Virus record (IMG/VR): IMGVR_UViG_3300006654_000661 | Span: 2,206-66,205 of that record | Source of the DNA: a virus | Lineage: Duplodnaviria > Caudoviricetes | Length of the DNA: 64,000 nucleotides | Reading direction: 5' to 3' (one strand) | Shown here: positions 38,636 through 47,346 of the stretch, in pieces | Position numbering within the stretch: position 1 is the stretch's first letter | How the letters are laid out: each line of letters begins with the position of its first letter | Notes under the pieces: model-generated | Told to the model about the DNA's origin: nothing | Databases searched by the model: none | What the model saw: only the letters and a program-made list of their open reading frames with translations | Position numbers and translations under genes: made by a program

Positions 38636-39210
38636 GCGCTTTTCTCCCTAAACTTAGCTAATCCTTTTTCGAGATTTGCCAGTGAACCGGCTTGCTTCGC
38701 CTTGTGAGCCTGCAAGTCTGCGAGCCCTGCCACGTTATTCGGTAACTCTTCAAGTGGGCGCTTTTCAAATTCCAGGTAGGTAGCAACGAACTTCTTTTGC
38801 ACCCATTGCAATGAGTCCAACTTCTGTTCGCACATGAACGGCCACCCACCCAAGGCAGTAACAACAGCACCGGTAATAGGATCTTTAAATTTTGGGGTCT
38901 CATATTTGCCGCATCCCCTAATGGCAGCGGTAACACGAAGCCATTGCATTTCAGCTTGGCCTTGAAGGTTTTCTAGCTTTTCCTTGTCACCTACTGTTAG
39001 GAACCTGATTATATCGGCAGGCTTAGGCGGGTACTGGCCGCGATCAGGGTCAGAAATATGTTTAGTTAGCGCACTGCAAACATCATCGATGCTGTACGGC
39101 TTGAGGGATGCCCACCAGACTTTTACGAGCCCCGCTGAAACTTCCTTGCTGTAAATCTCGAAAGTACCAAAAATGGCCTTACTGAATCGCTCTCTCTCTG
39201 AATCAATCAC
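38632..39210 (-). CDS. Replication accessory / helicase loader (DUF6475-like)
   Basis: Follows O-like gene; GQYPPKPADII, LGGWPFMC. Confidence 0.65.
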   Translation of the reverse strand: MIDSERERFSKAIFGTFEIYSKEVSAGLVKVWWASLKPYSIDDVCSALTKHISDPDRGQYPPKPADIIRFLTVGDKEKLENLQGQAEMQWLRVTAAIRGCGKYETPKFKDPITGAVVTALGGWPFMCEQKLDSLQWVQKKFVATYLEFEKRPLEELPNNVAGLADLQAHKAKQAGSLANLEKGLAKFREKSA

Positions 39211-40051
39211 GATTGCTCTCCCCCTCAGCTATGAAGCTTGATAGCACTTCAATGTTATTTTGCGTTCTGCGCTCACTGAAACTAACGGCGCGATTTGCTG
39301 GCTTGTTGGGTTCAAATAATCCTTGGTAATTGTTTGCAATGCTGGTCTGAATGATTTCATCCAGGTTGTGACCTTTTGCTTGCCATGCTTCCAATCGTTT
39401 GATTTGCATCTTTGCCGATCTCACGGTCATGGGCTTTTTATTTTCAGCGCGATTTTCTACCCAGTTAACCCACATATCGAAAGACAAGCTGCGAGGTATA
39501 TCCATCGATAGAATTTCAGATTTAACACTAGGCTTTTTGTTACCCTTTTCTTTTGTATTAATTTCTTTTGTTATAGTTTCTTTCTTTTGTGGGGGTCTAA
39601 TTGGTTGAGTTTTTTCAACCGATTGGTTGATTTCTTGAACCGATTGGTTGATTTCTAAGAACCGATTGGTTGATTTTTTTTGTGTGGACTTCTTAACCGA
39701 TTGGTTGATTTTCCATTCGCTGATAACTGGGTTTATGCCGGTCTTTTTACCATCTTTTCTAATGACATTTTTAGCATTCAATGAGCGAACAATTTTACTT
39801 ACGTGTGCTTCACTCATGCCTGTGATTTCTGAAAGCTGTACATTGGCAATCCAGTCATCTTTTTTGTGAAATCGGAAAGTTTTAGATATGAGCGCAAACA
39901 AAATTTGATACTCGCAACCTGATAGGCTTGCGTGATTTTTTGCCAACGCGTTGGTAAGTTCGTGAGCCAACCTATCAAAGCCATTTTCTATATCTGCTTT
40001 CACAATGGGCCTATGGTCGTTTAATTTGATTACTTGTTCTGCATGCTGCAT
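39203..40051 (-). CDS. Replication initiator (lambda O-like)
   Basis: ADIENGFDRLAHEL...KTFRFHKKDDWI; internal iterons. Confidence 0.9.
   Translation of the reverse strand: MQHAEQVIKLNDHRPIVKADIENGFDRLAHELTNALAKNHASLSGCEYQILFALISKTFRFHKKDDWIANVQLSEITGMSEAHVSKIVRSLNAKNVIRKDGKKTGINPVISEWKINQSVKKSTQKKSTNRFLEINQSVQEINQSVEKTQPIRPPQKKETITKEINTKEKGNKKPSVKSEILSMDIPRSLSFDMWVNWVENRAENKKPMTVRSAKMQIKRLEAWQAKGHNLDEIIQTSIANNYQGLFEPNKPANRAVSFSERRTQNNIEVLSSFIAEGESNRD
39599..39711. repeat. Phage replication origin iterons
   Basis: AACCGATTGGTTGATTT at 39617, 39638, 39660 and 39695 plus a degenerate copy at 39599, next to an AT-rich tract inside the O-like gene. Confidence 0.85.
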
Positions 40052-40293
40052 AATTACCTCGTTACTTCGTTAACAACCCCGCGTTTTGCTTTCCACGGCA
40101 TGCGGGGTTTTTTATTGCCTGTAACAATCACATTTAACTTTGTGATTGTTGTTGGTAACCCGTTGGGGCCAAGTGGGTGAACCTTGGCTGCAAGCTCAGT
40201 CTATGTGTCGCCATCTGCCGCCAATAATCGGTGTTAACCTCCGCTTGCCAGTTAACTGCCTTACCGATACCTATTTATTTATTAACCCTCACG

Positions 40294-40490
40294 CAGTTGG
40301 TAAAACTGGCTCTCATAGAGACTCGGGAAAGCGCCGACTACATTTGTGCAATCCGCATAACGCTTTGATGAAGATGCCTACTCCTTTGAGAATTGATACG
40401 TTACTCAAAGTGGTTGCAGCTAGGCGAGGCACCTTCTCAAAACGTGCCGGTTACCCTCTTCCGGCGTTGCGTCATGCCAGTACCAAACTG
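40294..40490 (-). ncRNA. Candidate structured RNA
   Basis: Closing stem cagttggta..ctggc / gccag-tacca-actg plus nested long stems; strand assumed from operon direction. Confidence 0.4.
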
Positions 40491-40687
40491 ACCTTGTTGC
40501 AACGGAGCACTTAAATTCGGTAAGTGAGCCTAGTTTGTGTGGGCTACCGCCAGTAGTGACAAACGTATCTGGCGGAATTACAAAACCCTTCTCTTCTTCA
40601 GTGGTATGAGTTACAAACGCTTCTACCCAAAAACCCCGCGACTAGGCAGGGTTTTCAGTTTTATTGACACGATTTATTGTCTGTGGA

Positions 40688-41023
40688 TTAGAATCGCCAG
40701 CCGACTTCATGCCTATGACGATAACCGTCAGTAATTTGATGTTGACTCAAGTTAACGTTAGCGAGTTTCGTAGCCTCACCAGCCATTACAGGCTTTGTAA
40801 TGTGTTCACTTGCCTTGGTGGGCACAAAGCCAACCAAGTACGCTTCACGCTCAATTTCGAACGCTTCAGTGGGGGCAATTGCAATTTCAAGCTTTGAATC
40901 AACAAGGCTTTCAGTTTGCGCAACTATTACAATGTCGTGTTTAGGCAATTCAGCGTGAGCAGTCGAAGCAATAGCAGTAGCTAAGCCAATAGCGGCACCA
41001 ATAACTAAAATTGTCTTTCTCAT
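40688..41023 (-). CDS. Exported hypothetical protein
   Basis: Sec signal peptide ending AHA; C-terminal RHRHEVGWRF. Confidence 0.65.
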   Translation of the reverse strand: MRKTILVIGAAIGLATAIASTAHAELPKHDIVIVAQTESLVDSKLEIAIAPTEAFEIEREAYLVGFVPTKASEHITKPVMAGEATKLANVNLSQHQITDGYRHRHEVGWRF

Positions 41024-41052
41024 TTCAGTTCCCTTTTATTGTTATTAACGAG

Positions 41053-41275
41053 AGCAGTATGCTTTCACCGACTTAACCCCAATTAAGGGGCTTATTGTCT
41101 TGTCTCTCCAAGTGTCACCCGACTTTCGCCGTTATTCAGGTCACTAACCCATGTCAGAGTAAAACATCGCTCTTGTGGCTTATGCTTCGCTTATCTGAAT
41201 GTCCTCGCAACATGGAAGAAATTGCTCAGGCGGTACACTCAGGGCGATTTAGCGCAACATCAAACGCTTACTGCT
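41053..41275 (-). ncRNA. Candidate pseudoknotted structured RNA
   Basis: Closing stem agcagta/tactgct; crossing pairings attcagg/tctgaat and ccatgt/acatgg; GAAA tetraloop hairpin on minus strand. Confidence 0.45.
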
Positions 41276-41281
41276 AAGGAA

Positions 41282-41584
41282 TTACTTGTTTAATTGCTCT
41301 TTCAGTAGATAGCCTTCAAGCGCCCAAATTTTATTTCTAGCGTTATCACGCGCTATCTTTCGCCCTATTTCTGCATCAAAGTTTTCAGGGCTGGCACAAG
41401 CTGACTCGCCAAGGACCGTGAAGCCATTTTCGAGCGTTAAAAGGCAAGTGGTAAAAGTCGTACCATCAAAAACATGGTACTGCTCTGACTTAATCTTACT
41501 TTCTATAATTTCAGGTGTGATGCGCGGTGCAGTTAATCCCTTTTCCTGAATTTCGTTTTCAATATCGTTGTCGCTCATTCTCAT
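41282..41584 (-). CDS. Gp49/Sf6 gp66-family protein (candidate Acb4-type nucleotide sponge)
   Basis: LTAPRITP..TTCLLTLENGFTVLGESACASPENFDAEIGRKIA..KIWALEGY. Confidence 0.85.
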   Translation of the reverse strand: MRMSDNDIENEIQEKGLTAPRITPEIIESKIKSEQYHVFDGTTFTTCLLTLENGFTVLGESACASPENFDAEIGRKIARDNARNKIWALEGYLLKEQLNK

Positions 41585-41666
41585 TCCTTTCAGTTGATTT
41601 TTTATTAGCGCTCTATGGGCAAAACGCTAACAAAAAAGGCTACAAACCACATAGCCAACAGGGAAA

Positions 41667-41954
41667 CTACCAAGCACGCTTATCAGGGCGAACGTAAGGT
41701 TCGCGCTTGAAAGAAACGTCTAATACGAACGTTATGAATTTCAAAATTACAGCGCACACAAGGATTGAAATTGCCGCTATAACTATCACGCCACCAAAAA
41801 ACGCTGAAACTGGCCACACTAACGCGGCGATAAACCCAAAAATTTGCAGGTCTAGGTAGTTGTGTTCTTCGCGCTTTGTTGAGTACATAAAACAAAAAAT
41901 AAAAAACTCAAATACGAAAACAACAGATAAGTAATTATCAAGTAGCCATTCCAT
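41667..41954 (-). CDS. Membrane protein
   Basis: 95 aa with 2-3 hydrophobic helices. Confidence 0.6.
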   Translation of the reverse strand: MEWLLDNYLSVVFVFEFFIFCFMYSTKREEHNYLDLQIFGFIAALVWPVSAFFGGVIVIAAISILVCAVILKFITFVLDVSFKREPYVRPDKRAW

Positions 41955-42044
41955 TACGCGGCCCTTCTAGTGGGTGTGTGAGTGGGTTTTGGTTGAGTAC
42001 GCACAGGGCGTATAGGAACTACTTTGCTCATGCTGCTTTCTCCT

Positions 42045-42242
42045 TTACTTATTAGGGACTTTTGAGTCCCTCAAAATCTTCTTCATAGCCATTGATGACG
42101 GGCATATATCGGTTAATACAGATCCAAGACCTTCAAGCATTGCTCGTTGCGCTGCTTCCTCAAGACTTACGCCAAGCTCATCTGCATGCTTTTGTAGTAG
42201 TTCTAATTCGTCGTTACTGAGCTCTATTTTTTCTTCGGTCAT
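42045..42242 (-). CDS. Small ribbon-helix-helix-like protein
   Basis: IELSNDELELLQKHADELGVSLEE. Confidence 0.55.
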   Translation of the reverse strand: MTEEKIELSNDELELLQKHADELGVSLEEAAQRAMLEGLGSVLTDICPSSMAMKKILRDSKVPNK

Positions 42243-42298
42243 TATTGAGGGCCTTAAAAAGTCTTAGATGAACCCTCTTTGGGTTCTTCGTTAATGTT

Positions 42299-42487
42299 CT
42301 AAGCTGCTGTACGCTCTTTGCTTCCAAACGAAACAGACTCTTTTAGGCCACGCATGAAAATGTCACGAACAATTACCGCTTTTTGTCCGCCAGTGTTTTT
42401 CACTAGCGCCTCAAGCAATTCATTAACGTCATCATCTAAACGAACTTTCACTTCGTTCTTTTTGATTTTTCTTGGGTCTGCGTACAT
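42299..42487 (-). CDS. CII-position RHH-like regulator
   Basis: MYADPRKIK.NEVKVRLD, immediately after cro. Confidence 0.65.
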   Translation of the reverse strand: MYADPRKIKKNEVKVRLDDDVNELLEALVKNTGGQKAVIVRDIFMRGLKESVSFGSKERTAA

Positions 42488-42503
42488 AGCCTTTATCTCC
42501 GTA

Positions 42504-42689
42504 TTAACTGGCTTTTTTAAGTTCTGGTTCTTCCGCTTTAAGCTTGCCGTTTGTTATCCGCTCAAGCTGATAAGCTCTAAGTAAAGGAATGTTTTCTTTC
42601 CATTGTGATATTGCTGAAGGAGCAATATTCATCGCGTTAGCAAGCTTTGTTGCACTCCCAAAGTAAGAAATAGCTTCATGCTTTTTCAC
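42504..42689 (-). CDS. cro: Cro-like repressor
   Basis: AISYFGSATKLANAMNIAPSAISQW..IPLLRAYQLE; divergent from cI. Confidence 0.9.
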   Translation of the reverse strand: MKKHEAISYFGSATKLANAMNIAPSAISQWKENIPLLRAYQLERITNGKLKAEEPELKKAS

Positions 42690-42709
42690 AGCTGCAACCT
42701 CGTTATTAG

Positions 42710-42769
42710 TAAGATATCTTAAAAATAAACCTTAATATATCTTACGTCAAGTTGTTTTAAGATAACTTA
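42710..42769. promoter_or_regulatory. OR operators / PR-PRM switch
   Basis: Three near-palindromes TAAGATATCTTA (42710), TAATATATCTTA (42733), TAAGATAACTTA (42758); minus-strand TTGACG at 42745-42750. Confidence 0.8.
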
Positions 42770-42788
42770 AAAGCAAATTTGGTGATTT

Positions 42789-43493
42789 ATGGATACTTTT
42801 GGCTACTGTTTAGAAAAAGCCAGGAAAAAAGCGGGGTACAAATCCGCTGGCGAGTTTGGAAAGAAACTTGGCGTTTCCCATGTAACCGTTAGGGCTTGGG
42901 AAAAAGATGAATACAAACCGAGTAGTGACAATATTTTTGAAATAGTCAATGTGCTAGGCGAGCATAGCTACGGCCTACCCAATGTTCACTCCTCTAAAAA
43001 AATAGACGAGTCTAATGCAGAGTATGTAGGCCATGTTGATGTTTGGGATAGCAATACAGAATTAGACGAGGATGAAGTAGAAGTGCCGTTTTTCATGGAT
43101 GTAGAACTAGCTGCTGGCGTAGGTGGTGAATTAGCAATAGAGATTCAGGGGCCTAAATTAAGATTTTCAAAGTCAACATTAAGGCGTTGTGGAGTTCAGG
43201 CCGAAGCCGCGGCCTGCGTAAAGGTCTCAGGCAATAGTATGGAACCAAGGCTTTTTGATGGCGATGTTGTTGGAGTAAATACTTTAGATAAACATATTGT
43301 TGATGGAAAAGTTTACGCGATAAATCATGCTGGGCTTTTGCGTGTGAAGCGGATTTACAGGATGCCTGGCGGCGGATTGAGGATAAACAGCATTAATCAC
43401 GCAGAACACCCTGATGAGTTATATTCTCAGCAGGAAGTTGCTGACATAATGATCATAGGAAAAGTATTTTGGCATTCTAGCATCTGGGACTAA
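42789..43493 (+). CDS. cI: CI-like repressor (HTH plus S24 autoprotease)
   Basis: HTH N-terminus, LAAGVG cleavage site, GNSMEP serine and VKR lysine motifs. Confidence 0.95.
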   Translation: MDTFGYCLEKARKKAGYKSAGEFGKKLGVSHVTVRAWEKDEYKPSSDNIFEIVNVLGEHSYGLPNVHSSKKIDESNAEYVGHVDVWDSNTELDEDEVEVPFFMDVELAAGVGGELAIEIQGPKLRFSKSTLRRCGVQAEAAACVKVSGNSMEPRLFDGDVVGVNTLDKHIVDGKVYAINHAGLLRVKRIYRMPGGGLRINSINHAEHPDELYSQQEVADIMIIGKVFWHSSIWD

Positions 43494-43511
43494 TCAAGAA
43501 GGAAATCATTA

Positions 43512-43964
43512 ATGAAGCTAGCCATCCCCCTACTAATCTTTCTTAATATTTTGAATACCGCCCATGCTGGCATTTTTGGCCCTGATAACTATGAGGAATG
43601 TGTCCTCGATAAAATGAAGGGGCAAGCAAAAAACCTAATATATGTTGCTAGAAAGGCGTGTGAGAAAAAATTCCCCTACGAAAAAGACTTAGGAAGTTAC
43701 TCAAGCGAGTACGAGTTTTCTTGGATGCCTTATAATGATAATTCAGTTTATTTCTCAATAAGCAAAAACTATGGTGAATACAAAATCACTAGAGTAAATG
43801 TTACGTTTAGCTCAAGCCTATGCAGCGACAATACTTCATTACCAAGTGAGCACACCAAAACAGTAGAGCTAAGTGATAAAGAAGACGCCTCTATTACTTC
43901 CGTACCTGCAATATCCTATAAATGTGCCAGAGTTAATAACTTATGGGGGATCATAAAATCATAG
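43512..43964 (+). CDS. Exported protein co-transcribed with cI (possible superinfection exclusion)
   Basis: Signal peptide ending AHA; GPDNYEECVLDKMKG; AT-rich. Confidence 0.6.
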   Translation: MKLAIPLLIFLNILNTAHAGIFGPDNYEECVLDKMKGQAKNLIYVARKACEKKFPYEKDLGSYSSEYEFSWMPYNDNSVYFSISKNYGEYKITRVNVTFSSSLCSDNTSLPSEHTKTVELSDKEDASITSVPAISYKCARVNNLWGIIKS

Positions 43965-43987
43965 CTATAAATTTTATCTAGGAACTG

Positions 43988-44011
43988 AAACCGCTTTATG
44001 GCGGTTTTTTT
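43988..44011 (+). terminator. Intrinsic terminator of the cI operon
   Basis: aaaccgctttatggcggttttttt. Confidence 0.8.
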
Positions 44012-44022
44012 GTATCCTAAAA

Positions 44023-44082
44023 AAAGATAATTTAAGTTTTCTTACATTTAATATTGACAATTTATTTAAGTTATCTTAAATT
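44023..44082 (+). promoter_or_regulatory. PL-like promoter with OL operators
   Basis: TTGACA (44054)-17bp-TAAATT (44077); operators TAAGTTTTCTTA (44033) and TAAGTTATCTTA (44067) match the OR consensus. Confidence 0.8.
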
Positions 44083-44116
44083 TAGCCTATCAACTTAAAT
44101 TGATAAGGCTTAAACC

Positions 44117-44500
44117 ATGACCTACTGCCACGTATCAAATCAACTCGCTTGGCACGCTAATAAGCCAGAGCCTAAAACCTTTGGCGATCTTGGCGAATGG
44201 GAGCAAGAGTACATTGTTACCGAGCTTTCTGAGTCAGTGCTTAGCGATAAGGCTTCACTTAAATGGGTTGATTACCCTCATGTGATTGACGCTGACTTTG
44301 CGATGCAGAGCCTTCTTGAAGAAGCAGACTTCATCGAAGAGTTAGCAAAATCAGTGCTTCAAACATCAAGCGCTAAAACGCTACTCCTAAATCAACTTAA
44401 AGCTGAAACCAAAGGGCTAATCAAGTGCGCATTAGATAAGTGCAACATGCCGCCAAATGGTTATGACTTTGAAGAAATTTTGGGGAGCTACGCAGCATGA
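44117..44500 (+). CDS. Early hypothetical protein
   Basis: 127 aa, first gene after PL. Confidence 0.65.
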   Translation: MTYCHVSNQLAWHANKPEPKTFGDLGEWEQEYIVTELSESVLSDKASLKWVDYPHVIDADFAMQSLLEEADFIEELAKSVLQTSSAKTLLLNQLKAETKGLIKCALDKCNMPPNGYDFEEILGSYAA

Positions 44501-44943
44501 ATGCAAATGGCGTTCACCTCACCCCAAGAGAGCAGCAGGTTTATGACCTGATGATAACCGGCACTAGTCAACGCACTGCGGCCAAGATTATCGGCATTTC
44601 AGTTAGAAGCGTGAAGTTTTACACCGCATCTATTTTCAAAAAGCTTGGCGTTTACTCAACGCGTCAAGTTGTGGCCACTCATTACATGGGCTTAGACCAA
44701 GTTAATGAGAGTGGCGTGCCAGGTGTTGAATCGCTATCGAAAGCAGAGCGCCGCGTTTACGACCAAGTGGTTACTGGTGTTAGCCGAAAAGAAATTGCAT
44801 CAAGAGTTTTTCGGGCTGATACCACGGTCACTTTTCATTTGAAAAATATCAGTAAAAAGCTTGGCGTTAACTCAATGCTTGAATTGATATTTCTTCATTA
44901 TGTTGGTGATAGCGAGTCTTTAATAGAAAGAGAGGCAGCATGA
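44497..44943 (+). CDS. Tandem LuxR-type HTH protein
   Basis: Two copies of L(T/S)xxExxVY...IA...TV.F....I.KKLGV. Confidence 0.85.
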   Translation: MNANGVHLTPREQQVYDLMITGTSQRTAAKIIGISVRSVKFYTASIFKKLGVYSTRQVVATHYMGLDQVNESGVPGVESLSKAERRVYDQVVTGVSRKEIASRVFRADTTVTFHLKNISKKLGVNSMLELIFLHYVGDSESLIEREAA

Positions 44944-45053
44944 TTTATTTAATTATTTTGCTAGGGCCATGCTTTCTTTTGCTGGCAACTATATCGCTAA
45001 TTGAAGCCATTAAAGGCGTTAATTTTAATAAATAAAACCAAAGGATAAAGACG

Positions 45054-45677
45054 ATGAAACTATTAGATTTTTTGCAGCAAAGAAATATTTCACATGAGGT
45101 TGCTGGTAATAAAGTCCTCGTAGGTGGCTCCCTTTACCTTCGTGGCACTCAAATCACTGAGCTACCAGAGGGTTTGAATGTAGGTGGCTCTCTTGACCTT
45201 GAGGAAACTCAAATCACTGAGCTACCAGAGGGTTTGAATGTAGGTGGCTCCCTTTACCTTCGTGGCACTCAAATCACTGAGCTACCAGAGGGCTTGAATG
45301 TAGGTGACTCCCTTTACCTTTGTGGCACTCAAATCACTGAGCTACCAGAGGGCTTGAATGTAGGTGACTCCCTTTACCTTGAGGAAACTCAAATCACCGA
45401 GCTACCAGAGTCATTTTCATGCGAATCGCTTTATTTGAACCCAGAGAATTTTAAAGAAATAGAAAGCAAAAGTAACTGCGGTGCTCACTCTAGAACCATT
45501 TTTGTGTTGATAAATAAAGGCGAATTCTATGTGGCAGCAGGATGCTTTTTTGACACGTTCACGAACTTTTGTGAAGCGGTCAATGGTAAATATTCGGACC
45601 ATTCTGCTAAAAAGTACATTGCTGACGCTCAAGAGTGTATTGAAAAGCTTACAGCTAATTTAGCAAGCGTAGCATAA
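45054..45677 (+). CDS. Leucine-rich repeat protein (20-aa units)
   Basis: VGGSLYLRGTQITELPEGLN approx. x5; C-terminal VAAGCF domain. Confidence 0.8.
   Translation: MKLLDFLQQRNISHEVAGNKVLVGGSLYLRGTQITELPEGLNVGGSLDLEETQITELPEGLNVGGSLYLRGTQITELPEGLNVGDSLYLCGTQITELPEGLNVGDSLYLEETQITELPESFSCESLYLNPENFKEIESKSNCGAHSRTIFVLINKGEFYVAAGCFFDTFTNFCEAVNGKYSDHSAKKYIADAQECIEKLTANLASVA
45120..45410 (+). repeat. 60-bp tandem repeat, about 4.9 units
   Basis: Units start at 45120, 45180, 45240, 45300, 45360. Confidence 0.95.
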
Positions 45678-45764
45678 ACCACGCCCCTAACTAAAGGGGC
45701 GCTAACCAACGGCTACCGCGTTTTGGACGGACAAGGTAGCCATAAGCACCGGAGATAATAAACG

Positions 45765-46067
45765 ATGAAAATCCGAACCACAAACACTAAAGGCTTATTT
45801 TGCCTTGAATGGAAAGACGATGGCATAAGTGGCGGTGAGTATTTTACTCGCCTTGAGACCATCACCAACTCACTCGACACCGATGTAACGCTATGGCGTG
45901 AAGGTGTGCCAGGCACCGTTTTAAATATTGACCCTGAAGCGGTTGATAGCTTCTTTGAAATGGCTAGCAACGTTGACGTTCCTATTGATGTAATTAACGC
46001 CTTCCCTGCAACTGAAACTATTTCATCGTCTGCCAAGGATGGCTTTTTTGGGGAGGATGCCGCGTGA
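45765..46067 (+). CDS. Early hypothetical protein
   Basis: 100 aa, GGAG RBS, coupled to next gene. Confidence 0.6.
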   Translation: MKIRTTNTKGLFCLEWKDDGISGGEYFTRLETITNSLDTDVTLWREGVPGTVLNIDPEAVDSFFEMASNVDVPIDVINAFPATETISSSAKDGFFGEDAA

Positions 46068-46345
46068 AAATTGAACACACTCGCGTTTCACAGGATGGGC
46101 ACCAGAGAGTGACTAGCCCTAAAAAAACGACTTATTGGACGGTTGAGCATGATGGTAAGCAATATCAAATCCAGCAAGAAACCGATTCATCTGGTCGCCC
46201 TCACGACTATGAATATCACGTAAACCGATTGCGTATCGTGAAGGTTGCGCATGACCTTTCAACAGTTTCAGCAAGTTTAACGAGCTTTGTAGATATTACG
46301 CTCGCGGTAATGCTGGCGAAGTTTGTAAAGGAGAATGCCGCGTGA
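46064..46345 (+). CDS. Early hypothetical protein
   Basis: 93 aa, GTG overlapping upstream stop. Confidence 0.6.
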   Translation: MKIEHTRVSQDGHQRVTSPKKTTYWTVEHDGKQYQIQQETDSSGRPHDYEYHVNRLRIVKVAHDLSTVSASLTSFVDITLAVMLAKFVKENAA

Positions 46346-46489
46346 TTTTCAAATATAAAAGCATTAAACCAGCTCGCCGTGAGCGCCTATTTTGGGATTT
46401 TTTAGGCTTAAACACACGCATTTCAGCAAAAGCCAACCGCTATAAAGTTGAGCTTATCGCATTCGATTCATTATTAGGGAGAGTAAATC

Positions 46490-47344
46490 ATGGGTAATCA
46501 AATTCAAAGTTGGGAAGAGCAAAACAGTTATTTGGTAGCGCGAGGCATTGACGAATCAACATGGAACGCGCTTTGTTCGACCATTTACCCAGGTGCAAAA
46601 CCTGACTCGATTGTAATGGCTGTTGATTATTGTCATGCGCGCCAATTGGACATAATGCTAAAACCTGTTCATTTGGTGCCAATGAGCATCAAGAACGCTC
46701 AAACAGGAAATTATGAATACCGTGATGTTCCAATGCCTGGCGTAGGGCTTTACCGCATCCAAGCGGAGCGAACTGGCAACTATGTGGGAGCTGATGCACC
46801 TGAGTTCGGCCCAATGATTGAGCGTGATTTTAAAGGAAAAAACAACCAAGTAGTAGCGTGCCGCTTTCCAGAATGGTGCAAATATACAGTTTATAAGCTC
46901 GCTAAAAACGGGGAGCGAGTAGCTTACTCAGCACTTGAATACTGGGAGGAAAACTACGCAACGGCTGGTAAATATTCAGAAGCACCTAATTCGATGTGGC
47001 TAAAACGCCCACGCGGACAGTTGGCCAAATGCGCAGAGGCGCAAGCTTTGCGCCGTGGCTGGCCTGAAATAGGACAAGAAGCAACAGCCGAAGAAATGGA
47101 GGGTAAGCACCGTTTTGAGCGCGAGATCAACCCAACCCATTCAATTTCACCCGCCGAACCTAAGACTTTACCCGTTTACACGCAGGGCCAGTTCAACGAG
47201 AACGCTAATTCTTGGGCTAATGCAATTAGTGCAGGCAAAGCAACGCCTGAAAAAATTATCGCCATGGTGTCGAGCAAGTATGACTTGCCTAAACAAATCC
47301 GTGAGCAAATTGAAACCATCGTAGACGTAGCAGAGGAAGCGTAA
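46490..47344 (+). CDS. bet: Single-strand annealing recombinase (Bet/RecT family)
   Basis: LDIMLKPVHLVP, GLYRIQAERTG, W.KRPRGQLAKCAEAQALRRGWP. Confidence 0.9.
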   Translation: MGNQIQSWEEQNSYLVARGIDESTWNALCSTIYPGAKPDSIVMAVDYCHARQLDIMLKPVHLVPMSIKNAQTGNYEYRDVPMPGVGLYRIQAERTGNYVGADAPEFGPMIERDFKGKNNQVVACRFPEWCKYTVYKLAKNGERVAYSALEYWEENYATAGKYSEAPNSMWLKRPRGQLAKCAEAQALRRGWPEIGQEATAEEMEGKHRFEREINPTHSISPAEPKTLPVYTQGQFNENANSWANAISAGKATPEKIIAMVSSKYDLPKQIREQIETIVDVAEEA

Positions 47345-47346
47345 TT

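Noticed and set aside
40146-40897. Plus-strand ORFs 40146-40514, 40537-40734, 40664-40897
   Set aside because: Antisense to the cro-O operon, weak starts and no motifs; better explained as structured non-coding sequence
45120-45410. 60-bp repeats as a CRISPR array or DGR template/variable repeat
   Set aside because: Units are contiguous and in-frame coding with no spacers; variation is not adenine-specific; no cas or reverse transcriptase gene in the window
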